Source: an uncultured Gemmatimonadota bacterium (lineage in GTDB: Bacteria; Gemmatimonadota; Gemmatimonadetes; Palauibacterales; Palauibacteraceae). From it: 64,000 nucleotides of DNA. Under the pieces are notes generated by a model. It saw nothing but the letters and a program-made list of their open reading frames with translations, was not told the DNA's origin and did no database searches. Positions 1 through 8,517 of this stretch are shown piece after piece. The first letter of the stretch is position 1. Each line of letters begins with the position of its first letter. The DNA lies in assembly GCA_913043255.1 (NCBI GenBank), contig CAJWLK010000001.1:324288-388287 (forward strand). The letters run 5' to 3'. A program made the translations under genes and the position numbers.

Positions 1-183
1 CGGAAGGTGTAAGGCCAACCCCAGCCCAATTGAAGAGGCCAACCCCATCGCATGTTGTAGGTAGAAGAAGTTTTCCCTGTGCCCCAAGTCATAGAGTTCC
101 TGGGCACAGGCACCCATGATGGTCACAACCAATTTATCATCAAGCTCTGAGTAGATTTGCTCGAGACACTCTGCGCGTTCCAT
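1..183 (-). CDS. TPP-dependent sulfopyruvate/phosphonopyruvate decarboxylase beta-half-like protein; N-terminal fragment, runs off window start
   Basis: Minus-strand translation from ATG (183-181) reads MERAECLEQIYSELDDKLVVTIMGACAQELYDLGHRENFFYLQHAMGLASSIGLGLALHLP. The segment HAMGLASSIGLGLAL matches the conserved GSMGxASSIxLGxAL TPP-binding segment of ComE/Ppd beta halves. The start overlaps the stop of the upstream alpha gene (TGATG). Confidence 0.6.
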   Translation of the reverse strand, partial: MERAECLEQIYSELDDKLVVTIMGACAQELYDLGHRENFFYLQHAMGLASSIGLGLALHLP

Positions 184-695
184 CAGTCCTCCTCCATGAG
201 GTCACGCGTGAGGAGCAACGCAACTGGAGAAAGCGAACTCTCCGAAAATGTGTGAGCTTCTCGAATTTGCTTGGCAACCTTGCCCGGGTCCCGAGCGTAC
301 TCGAAAGGAATTCCGAGCGAACGTAGGACCTCTTCCGTTACGATCCCACCCCGGGTATGCCACGGGTAGGGTTCACCCCAGTGCCCCCGAACCGCGATAA
401 GCATGCAAAGTGGAATCCCATAGAGTTGTGCAAGGGAAACGATGCCATTGATCGCAGCCAAGAAGCCATGATTTTGCATCAGCAGGACGTGCGGCTCACC
501 AGCAAAATACGCTCCCGCCGCTACACCGATGGCCTCCTCCTCCTTAGCAACCTGGATCAGGTCTACCTCAGGGTCGTCATCAGCCCTCTGGAGAAGCAAT
601 CCGAGCCATGTCTCGGGCAGGGCAGAAATACTTCGAATCCCCGCAGCCTTGATGCCTTCAAATATGAGCCTCGAGTTATCGTACGAAACTGTCAT
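183..695 (-). CDS. TPP-dependent decarboxylase alpha-half (sulfopyruvate decarboxylase ComD / phosphonopyruvate decarboxylase N-terminal-like), 170 aa
   Basis: 170-aa ORF. The N-terminal segment IFEGIKAAGIRSISALPETWLGLLL and the size are typical of the split ComD/Ppd alpha half. It is translationally coupled to the beta half downstream. Confidence 0.6.
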   Translation of the reverse strand: MTVSYDNSRLIFEGIKAAGIRSISALPETWLGLLLQRADDDPEVDLIQVAKEEEAIGVAAGAYFAGEPHVLLMQNHGFLAAINGIVSLAQLYGIPLCMLIAVRGHWGEPYPWHTRGGIVTEEVLRSLGIPFEYARDPGKVAKQIREAHTFSESSLSPVALLLTRDLMEED

Positions 696-786
696 CGAGC
701 CTCCCTCCCACAGGCAATGTTTTTGACTTTTCGATGTTCAGAAATAGGAATAATCAAGATTAGTTAAATTATTATAAAATAATAAT

Positions 787-2859
787 TTACGACCCATTAG
801 TCGGCAACACAGGAAGAAGGATATGAGAAGCACGACTGGCCTCGTGGTATACGGTATTATTTGCAACACGCCACGTTCGATCATTCGGGTTCCCCGTATT
901 ACGATTGATGTCAAAGTTGGGGAAGCTGCTGCTATAAACATCAACACGAATACGATGGCCTGGTTTGAACTTGTTAGCCGAAGGTTCCAGTGGAAACTCG
1001 AGCCTATACACCTCTCCATTTTCCATTAGGCGTGGCTGTTCGAATCCATCTCGATACCGTGCCCGGAGGATACCTTCGGATACGGGGAATGCATAACCGC
1101 TGGGATAGTCAGCAGTACTTGGATGAACATCGAGAAGCTTCACAAAAAAGTCAGTGTCGGGAGCATCCGATGACACATAAAGTACCACGGAAACATTTCC
1201 CGTAATCGTCAGGGCCTCACTCAGGGGAACCGTTTGGAATACCAAGACATCCGGACGAGAAGCGATCGGCATCCCGGGAATCCCATGGCCCTTCAGAGTC
1301 TCCATCTCGATCTGGTCCCGAGGGCCCATACCCTGGAAACCAAACTCGAGTGCAGGCCCATAAGCTACGATGCATCGACCGTTACTGGAGACGGTATTTC
1401 GTGGATCATATGTGTAAGTGGTCGACGGCGTGCGGCTCGTCGGTTCGTCAAGGGCTAACGTCCCGTCCCCATCCAGATAAAGCGCAGTTTCTCGAACACT
1501 AGAAGGTGGCCAGTTATCTTCATAACGCCATTCCCCACCCTGGTTTATACGACCGTTCTCTGCACGACGGCCATCACCCCCTCCCATAATGAAGTACTTT
1601 GCGGGGGCCCAAATCTCCGCAGTCTCATCATCCTTTAGCCATCGATCGAACCATTTGAGTTCAAGGTTCAGATAATCATCATAGGTACGAATCCGCGCAC
1701 CTTTTTGACCAAAATTTACGTCCCCTATGGACGACTCAAAATTATTATGTGTCCATGGTCCAACGAGGAGGTGTTGGTTTTTCCGACCTAGACGAACCAT
1801 CTCTTGGTATCCATCACTGATTGTCCTTGGATACCAATCAAACCAACCAACTACCCAGAGGATGGGCATTTCCGGGAAAGACTCAAAATACTCGTCCATT
1901 CCCAAGCCAGGCTGCTTCCAAAAATCGTTGTAATCGTAATTCTCAAAGTACAACTGAAAAGCTGCCTCTTCGTAGGTAGGGGCGAGACTGAGCGGTGTCT
2001 CTCCACGCCTCCATGGAATACGTGAAGCCCATTCCAGAAAACCCTGCCCCTGACGCATGGCATCAATGGCTTTTGTAATCGCCGGATCTTTTATCGCTTC
2101 ATTTCCGTTAGAAGCCACAGAAAGAATCCATTGGAGCAACCCTAAGTGGAGAGCTCCCCCCCCCTTCATACTATAGGTATAAGCGTTCGTCGGTCCTTCG
2201 TAGGGGATCATTGTGACCAAGCTTGGCGGATTCAGTGTCGCAGTTTCAAACTGGACCCACGCCTGATATGAGACACCGTAGGTTCCTACTTTACCGTCAC
2301 AAGAGCTGTGGCGGGCAAGCCATTCTACTGTGTCGTAGCCATCCTCTGGTTCTTGGACGAAAGGAAAAAAGTCGCCCGGCGAGTTGAATCTCCCTCGGCA
2401 ATCCTGGACCACAGACACGTAGCCGTTAGTCGCGAAGAACATTGCATGTTCAATGGAAATCGGACGCATTTTATCATACGGAGTTCTTGCTAATACTGCC
2501 GGAAGCTTCTGTTCTAAGGGAACCCCGTTCTCCGCCGGCAAATACAAGTCCGTTGCCAGTTCAAGACCATCTCTCATCGGAACCATGACGTCTTTTACTA
2601 CCACCACATCGCCAGCAACCACACTAGGCAGCGAATTCGGATCTGGCTGAGGTCGCGGCATCTGTGCCACCACAGCGCCTTTCATTGACGCGCCGAGGCC
2701 GGCCGCCCCAGCGCCCGCCAGCCCTGCCCTGACAAACGACCTTCGATCCACTTGGCCTCCTTTTATGTATGTGGCCGCATCAACTGTATAATTGATCCGC
2801 GGCACATTATTTAAGATAAGAGTCCCGCTCAGCGCGTCCACCCGAAGCCGAATTTTCAA
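787..2859 (-). CDS. CocE/NonD family hydrolase (S15 X-Pro dipeptidyl-peptidase-like), Tat/Sec-exported
   Basis: 690 aa. The N-terminus has RRSFVRAGLAGAGAAGLGA (twin-arginine-like signal). A GxSYxG nucleophile motif (GVSYQAW) is present. The C-terminal region is typical of the CocE/NonD beta-sandwich. Confidence 0.8.
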   Translation of the reverse strand: MKIRLRVDALSGTLILNNVPRINYTVDAATYIKGGQVDRRSFVRAGLAGAGAAGLGASMKGAVVAQMPRPQPDPNSLPSVVAGDVVVVKDVMVPMRDGLELATDLYLPAENGVPLEQKLPAVLARTPYDKMRPISIEHAMFFATNGYVSVVQDCRGRFNSPGDFFPFVQEPEDGYDTVEWLARHSSCDGKVGTYGVSYQAWVQFETATLNPPSLVTMIPYEGPTNAYTYSMKGGGALHLGLLQWILSVASNGNEAIKDPAITKAIDAMRQGQGFLEWASRIPWRRGETPLSLAPTYEEAAFQLYFENYDYNDFWKQPGLGMDEYFESFPEMPILWVVGWFDWYPRTISDGYQEMVRLGRKNQHLLVGPWTHNNFESSIGDVNFGQKGARIRTYDDYLNLELKWFDRWLKDDETAEIWAPAKYFIMGGGDGRRAENGRINQGGEWRYEDNWPPSSVRETALYLDGDGTLALDEPTSRTPSTTYTYDPRNTVSSNGRCIVAYGPALEFGFQGMGPRDQIEMETLKGHGIPGMPIASRPDVLVFQTVPLSEALTITGNVSVVLYVSSDAPDTDFFVKLLDVHPSTADYPSGYAFPVSEGILRARYRDGFEQPRLMENGEVYRLEFPLEPSANKFKPGHRIRVDVYSSSFPNFDINRNTGNPNDRTWRVANNTVYHEASRASHILLPVLPTNGS

Positions 2860-2932
2860 GCAAGAAACAAAAAAACCCTTGCCAGTCTAAACAAATAGGG
2901 CTTGTCCCCATGGCTGGGCAATGAAATCATAG

Positions 2933-2975
2933 TTGACTCATAAGCTGACGTTACCGGGCGATACTGTTGACTATC
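2933..2975 (+). promoter_or_regulatory. candidate sigma70-like promoter / repeated TTGACT boxes upstream of the hyuA operon
   Basis: TTGACT at about 2933 is followed after 18 nt by GATACT. A second TTGACT lies about 34 nt downstream. This is 35-75 nt upstream of the hyuA ATG. Confidence 0.2.
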
Positions 2976-3009
2976 TCAAGAAAAGTCTGCCCTTAAAAAT
3001 AGGGTAACC

Positions 3010-5115
3010 ATGAGAACCAATCGTTTTCATCTGGGGATTGATGTGGGTGGCACCTTCACCGACGCAGTACTCATCTCAACAGATGGACAGATCGACACCG
3101 CCAAGGTTTCCTCAACACCCGATGATCCATCCCTTGGGTTCATGGCCGCGGTGTCGCGCATTTTGCAAAAGAGTGGGGTGGAGCCACAACTCGTTTCTCA
3201 CCTCGTCCATGGAACGACAGTCGCCACAAACGCCCTAATTGAAGGGAAGACACCAAAAACAGCATTCCTGACCACGAAGGGCTTCGGAGACATGCTTGAG
3301 ATCGGTCGACAGGTGAGACCAACTCTCTATGACGTTCATTTTGAGAAGCTCCAACCCCTCGTCCCGCGTGACCTTTGCTATGAGGTTCCAGAACGCTTAG
3401 ACGCAGAGGGCACGGTCCTGGAGTCTCTAAATGAGGACGCCGTTCGAGAGATCTCTCGAATGCTACAACAAGCGGACGTTCAATCTGTAGCCATATGCTT
3501 GCTTCACGCGTACGTGAATCCATCTCACGAAACCCGTGTGGCTGAGATTCTCCATGAGCACAATCCCGACATACCCCTGTCTTTGTCTTCCAGTGTGTGT
3601 CCGGAATTCCGCGAGTACTTCAGAGCCAGCACGAGCGTGATCAATGCCTGTATCATCCCTGTCGTGGCTCGATACCTTGCTGGTATCCGGGATGGCCTGA
3701 GAGACCACGGGATGGATGCAGAACTTCTCGTCATGCAGTCAAACGGTGGCGTTTTGACATTTTCACAGGCTGCAAATAAGCCCGTTTTCATGGTCGAGTC
3801 GGGGCCAGCAGCTGGAGTAGTTTCAGCCAATTTCATCGCGGAAAATTTAGGTCATACCAACCTCATCTCCTTTGATATGGGTGGTACTACCGCGAAGGCT
3901 GGTTTGATCTTAGATGGTCAACCCAAGGTCACCAAGGAATACGAGGTAGGAGCACAGGCCCAACCCGGCCAGGGGATGACACGTGCTAGTGGCTACCCAA
4001 TCCGTACACCGGTGATAGACCTGGTCGAGGTAGGAGCCGGTGGTGGAAGCATCGCTTGGATCGATCCCGGGGGAATCTTACGTGTGGGTCCTCAGAGTGC
4101 AGGTGCCGACCCAGGTCCGATCTGCTATGGAAAGGGCGGACAGGATCCAACCATAACTGATGCAAACCTGGTGCTGGGACGACTTAATCCAGAGTACTTC
4201 CTCGGTGGCGAAATACGACTTGATGAGGACGCTGCCATTAATGGTATTCGTGAACGATGCGCTGACCCATTAGGACTCACTGTTATCGAAGCAGCCAATG
4301 GGATCGTCGAAATAGCGAACGCCACCATGATCAACGCGCTGAGGCTCGTGACGGTTCGTCGAGGCTATGACCCAAGAGACTTAAAGATGGTCGCATTTGG
4401 GGGAGCGGGGCCGTTGCATGCCAACCGACTTTGCATTGAAATGCAAATTCCAACACTTGTGATTCCACCCAGTCCGGGAACAGCCTCTGCTCTAGGGCTT
4501 TTGGTCACAGACCTCAAGCACGAGTTCTCACGCACACGCATCATGCCTGCTGACATGAAAGACTTCGATCTGATTCAGGAGATCTTCGTATCAATGGAAG
4601 ATGAGGGCCGGCAAACACTCCTGCGCGAAGGTGTGACTGCTGCCGATATGGAATTTTTGCGTGAGATCGAGATGCGGTACACCGGCCAGTCGTCCGAATT
4701 GTCTATCCCATGCCCTGAGACACAAGTCGATGCTCATACACTCGGCCAAGTCGTCAAGAATTTTCATGTCCAACATGAGCGAGCATATGGGCACGGATAT
4801 CCTGAACAGGCCGTCGAACTGGTCAACTTCACTGTTACTGCTATTGGGAAGACCGCCAAACCGCGGCTTCCGAAGATCAGCTCGGAGGCAGGCACCCTGG
4901 AGGAGGCACTCATTGGGACGAAACGCGTGTTCTTTTCTGAAGACGCCGACTTCACAGATACAGCTGTCTACAAGCGGTCAGCACTCCAAATGAACCAAAC
5001 CCTAGAAGGCCCCGCCATTATAGAGGAAGTCGATTCCACAACACTGCTGCACCCTCGATCCAACGCCGACATTGACGAGTTCGGGAACCTCATCATCACG
5101 CCAAGCAAACCATGA
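3010..5115 (+). CDS. hyuA: hydantoinase/oxoprolinase family protein, A subunit (N-methylhydantoinase A / HyuA-like)
   Basis: 701 aa. The N-terminus LGIDVGGTFTDAVL is the Hydantoinase_A N-terminal ATPase motif. The RBS is AGGGTAACC upstream of the ATG. Confidence 0.85.
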   Translation: MRTNRFHLGIDVGGTFTDAVLISTDGQIDTAKVSSTPDDPSLGFMAAVSRILQKSGVEPQLVSHLVHGTTVATNALIEGKTPKTAFLTTKGFGDMLEIGRQVRPTLYDVHFEKLQPLVPRDLCYEVPERLDAEGTVLESLNEDAVREISRMLQQADVQSVAICLLHAYVNPSHETRVAEILHEHNPDIPLSLSSSVCPEFREYFRASTSVINACIIPVVARYLAGIRDGLRDHGMDAELLVMQSNGGVLTFSQAANKPVFMVESGPAAGVVSANFIAENLGHTNLISFDMGGTTAKAGLILDGQPKVTKEYEVGAQAQPGQGMTRASGYPIRTPVIDLVEVGAGGGSIAWIDPGGILRVGPQSAGADPGPICYGKGGQDPTITDANLVLGRLNPEYFLGGEIRLDEDAAINGIRERCADPLGLTVIEAANGIVEIANATMINALRLVTVRRGYDPRDLKMVAFGGAGPLHANRLCIEMQIPTLVIPPSPGTASALGLLVTDLKHEFSRTRIMPADMKDFDLIQEIFVSMEDEGRQTLLREGVTAADMEFLREIEMRYTGQSSELSIPCPETQVDAHTLGQVVKNFHVQHERAYGHGYPEQAVELVNFTVTAIGKTAKPRLPKISSEAGTLEEALIGTKRVFFSEDADFTDTAVYKRSALQMNQTLEGPAIIEEVDSTTLLHPRSNADIDEFGNLIITPSKP

Positions 5116-5288
5116 ACACACCCTTCCCGACCAGTCCAGAATCAAAGCACCCGGATATGGCCCACAATGAGGTCGATCCTATGGAAAGAGTTGATCTTCC
5201 GCGGATGAGCCCGTGGGTGGTGATCGTCTTCCTAGTCATGTTGGGGTTCGGATACATCGGGCTCTGGCGCTGGTTCCTCCGAGGGTAG
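5112..5288 (+). CDS. small single-TM membrane protein (58 aa, or 43 aa from the internal ATG at 5157), probable symporter-associated small subunit
   Basis: Not in the ORF track (below 60 aa). ATG 5112-5114 overlaps the hyuA stop (cATGAa). It reads MNTPFPTSPESKHPDMAHNEVDPMERVDLPRMSPWVVIVFLVMLGFGYIGLWRWFLRG, with one hydrophobic helix. The stop is 6 nt before the symporter ATG. Confidence 0.45.
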   Translation: MNTPFPTSPESKHPDMAHNEVDPMERVDLPRMSPWVVIVFLVMLGFGYIGLWRWFLRG

Positions 5289-5294
5289 ATAGGT

Positions 5295-6731
5295 ATGGAA
5301 GAAACTCAACCGTCATGGTGGCTTATTGCTGCCTACTTACTGCTCATGATGTCAATCGGCATATGGGGACGAAAACGAGTCGTATCGGTCGAAGATATGG
5401 CGGTCGCCGGACGGAACTCGGGTGTGTGGCTCATTGCATTCTCGGTCGCCGCCACCTGGATCAATGGAACTACTTTGATCGGGATTTCAGCACTTGGGGC
5501 AGATTTTGGGCTGGACGCTTACTGGAGCGGTGGCTCTTTCATGCTTGCAACAATCTGGATCGGGTACTTCATCATACCTAGGCTCTGGGAGACAGGAGTT
5601 ATAACCATCCCAGAACTTTTTGGGCGCTATTTCGGGCAGCGACACCGCACCGTTTCACTCTTTCTTGTAATCCTTCGCGACCTGGGCGTCACTGCTGGAA
5701 CCATCGGTGCTTTGACCGTTGTCACAACTGCAGTACTCAAAATCTCTGTGCTAGAGTCGCTAGTACTATGGCTCGGCGTGACCTCGGCATATGTGTTCCT
5801 CGGCGGAATGTGGGCAGTAATGGTGACGGACGCGATCCAGTTTTTCATCATCTTGGCGGGCTCCATCGGCCTACTTATCGCGGGCGTAGCTCAGGCCGGC
5901 GGAGTCAGTGGTCTCAGGAACACGTTCGATCCCGCTCTGCTCGACATCTTTGGCCGCGCAGGGGTCACACAAGTACTTGCCTGGATCGTTATTGGGCTCG
6001 CTATCACGGGTTCGTATCAAGGACTCATCCAGCGCGGCTTTGCGGCTTCGAGTGCATTAGTAGCTCGCAGGGGTTTCTTATATGGAGGAGTGATTGCTTC
6101 GCTGTGGTACATAACACCACCACTGATCGGGATGATAGGCCGGACGATTTATGGGCCTGATCTTGTAGCTGAAGATGCGTTCGTCACGCTGGCATTCGGC
6201 GTAGCGGGAAACCAGTTCGCCAGCTTAATCATAGTGTGCGTGCTGGCTGCAAGTATGTCGACACTCTCAAGTACTATTAACACGATTGCGTCCAACTTCA
6301 CCTTGGACCTTTATGCCCGTTTTGTAGAACCAACTGCCAGTACAGTTAAACAGCTTTGGGTCTATCGAATTAACGTGCTCATCGTCGCAGGACTAGCTGC
6401 CCTTATCTACTCTGCACTCCCACTATTAATTGAACTGATGTGGATTGGAGGGCGCATCATGGGGGCATCTGTTGCCCCCGCATTGATCGGACTAGTCCTG
6501 TTCCCATCTGTGCGGAAAGCCCCTACCACGGTCATGGCCGCGATGCTCATTGGCGGTGGGATTCAGGCTTTTTGGCAGACCTTCGGAGCAATACGAGAGG
6601 TAAGTTCTGTTGTCATCATCTGGGATTTGGATCCAATCTTGATCGGGCTGCCAATAACAATCGGAATACTGTTAATCGGAACCCATATAGAAACCCGGCA
6701 ATCGGAGGATGAACTTGCCACCGCAGCTTGA
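5295..6731 (+). CDS. sodium:solute symporter family (SSF) transporter
   Basis: 478 aa, polytopic, with SSF-like N-terminal topology and conserved glycine-rich helices. It is embedded between hyuA and hyuB. Confidence 0.8.
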   Translation: MEETQPSWWLIAAYLLLMMSIGIWGRKRVVSVEDMAVAGRNSGVWLIAFSVAATWINGTTLIGISALGADFGLDAYWSGGSFMLATIWIGYFIIPRLWETGVITIPELFGRYFGQRHRTVSLFLVILRDLGVTAGTIGALTVVTTAVLKISVLESLVLWLGVTSAYVFLGGMWAVMVTDAIQFFIILAGSIGLLIAGVAQAGGVSGLRNTFDPALLDIFGRAGVTQVLAWIVIGLAITGSYQGLIQRGFAASSALVARRGFLYGGVIASLWYITPPLIGMIGRTIYGPDLVAEDAFVTLAFGVAGNQFASLIIVCVLAASMSTLSSTINTIASNFTLDLYARFVEPTASTVKQLWVYRINVLIVAGLAALIYSALPLLIELMWIGGRIMGASVAPALIGLVLFPSVRKAPTTVMAAMLIGGGIQAFWQTFGAIREVSSVVIIWDLDPILIGLPITIGILLIGTHIETRQSEDELATAA

Positions 6732-8517
6732 GAATCAAACCAAAGTGAACGCCGACGCAGACCAGAAGTCGGCTACGGATCCCGTGCTCTTTGAGGTGAT
6801 CCGAAATGCGCTCGTTGAGGCAACTGAAGAAATGTCTGTCTCTCTTCAGCGAACCGCATACTCAACCAATATCAAAACACGTCTTGATTATTCATGCGCG
6901 TTTGTGGACGCAGACGGTCAAATGATCGCGCAGGCATTTTGTCAACCAGCCCACCTTGTCACAATCGGAAGATTGGTTCCTCGTGCGGTAGCGGAATATG
7001 GGGTCGAGAATCTCAATCCGGGCGATGCCCTGCTGGTCAACGACCCGCACCGCCAAGGGAGCCATCTCAACGACATATTCCTCATCTCCCCCTTTTACTA
7101 CGAAGATGAGTTGATCGGCTATGTGGCCAACTGCTGCCACCACGTTGACGTCGGCGGCGGCGCACCAGCTAGCGTCGGAGCCTTCCGTGAAATTTATCAG
7201 GAAGGGATCATCTTGCCGGTTGTCAAATTAATATCCAACGGCGAAATCGTAGAAGATATACTGAAATTTGTGCTCGCTAACGTGCGAGCCAAGAAGGAAG
7301 TAGCTGGCGACCTCAGGGCACAGGGAGCTGCGAACGAAATGGGGATGCGGCGACTTTCTGCTTTGATGGATCGCTACGGTCTGAAAACCGTTTGCTCTTA
7401 TATGAACAGCCTGATCGATTATAGCGAACGAAGACTTCTTGCAGAGCTGGCAAAACTCCCGCAGGGTGACTTTGAAGCTGAAGGATGGCTCGACGACGAC
7501 GGCATTACAGATGAACCGGTGCACTTAAAGGTTCGAATCAGCTTAGACGGAACCACGGCAAAATTCGACTTCACGGGGACGGATCCGCAGCGCGCCGCTC
7601 CCATGAACTGCAACCTCACTCAGTGCTTTACTGCATGCGTCTATGTTCTAAAGTGCCTAGTGGATTCCGACATCCCAGTGAATGAAGGTTTCTATCGTCC
7701 AATTGACGTGGTTGCACCGGAGGGCTCGGTCGTTAATGTGCGACCACCTGTTGGGGTTGTCGGTGGCTGGGAAGTAGCCATGCGACTCTGCGATGTGATG
7801 TTCAAGGCTTTATCCGACCCAATGCCTGAACACGTTCCAGCCGGTACCAAGGGGATGATCTGTCACGTGGGATTCGGGGGAGAAGATCCACGGACCGGTG
7901 AGTACTACTGCTTCCTAGAAACTCTCGCTGGCGGGTACGGTGGCCGCTTTAATTCAGACGGTCCGGACTCGGTCCAAACTCATATCCAGAACACCCAGAA
8001 TGCTCCTATAGAAGAGACGGAGTTGAATTATCCCGTGCGAATACATGAGTACAGCCTGGTAGCAAATTCAGAAGGGGCTGGCCGTTATCGAGGCGGACTC
8101 GGCTTATGTCGCGAGTATAGTTTTGTAGACCATGAACCGATGTTCACAACTCTGGCTGACCGAGCACGGTTTCCCGCTTGGGGTCTTCATGGAGGTGGTG
8201 ACGGGAAGGTCGCAAGCTATCGATTGATTTCCAGCGAAGGCACAAGTGACCTGGGGTCTAAAGCCACAGTTCAGCTAGCGAGCGGAGACCATGTACGGAT
8301 CGAGACGGCAGGGGGTGGAGGGTATGAGCCACCCGAGAGACGCGATCCAATTGCAGTACTGCGAGACGCTAGGGAGGGAAAGATCAGCTGCACCAGAGCT
8401 CGCGAAGTCTACCGGGTACACATCAATTCAGATACGTGGACAATCGACGACGATGAAACGGCCTCACTTCGGCAATCGAGCACTCCATTAAACGACAGAT
8501 ACGGTGATCGATCATGA
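6709..8517 (+). CDS. hyuB: hydantoinase B/oxoprolinase family protein (HyuB-like)
   Basis: 602 aa. Hydantoinase_B features are present: DPVLFEVIRNALVEATEEM and YSCAFVDADGQMIAQA. It overlaps the symporter stop by about 23 nt. Confidence 0.85.
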   Translation: MNLPPQLENQTKVNADADQKSATDPVLFEVIRNALVEATEEMSVSLQRTAYSTNIKTRLDYSCAFVDADGQMIAQAFCQPAHLVTIGRLVPRAVAEYGVENLNPGDALLVNDPHRQGSHLNDIFLISPFYYEDELIGYVANCCHHVDVGGGAPASVGAFREIYQEGIILPVVKLISNGEIVEDILKFVLANVRAKKEVAGDLRAQGAANEMGMRRLSALMDRYGLKTVCSYMNSLIDYSERRLLAELAKLPQGDFEAEGWLDDDGITDEPVHLKVRISLDGTTAKFDFTGTDPQRAAPMNCNLTQCFTACVYVLKCLVDSDIPVNEGFYRPIDVVAPEGSVVNVRPPVGVVGGWEVAMRLCDVMFKALSDPMPEHVPAGTKGMICHVGFGGEDPRTGEYYCFLETLAGGYGGRFNSDGPDSVQTHIQNTQNAPIEETELNYPVRIHEYSLVANSEGAGRYRGGLGLCREYSFVDHEPMFTTLADRARFPAWGLHGGGDGKVASYRLISSEGTSDLGSKATVQLASGDHVRIETAGGGGYEPPERRDPIAVLRDAREGKISCTRAREVYRVHINSDTWTIDDDETASLRQSSTPLNDRYGDRS

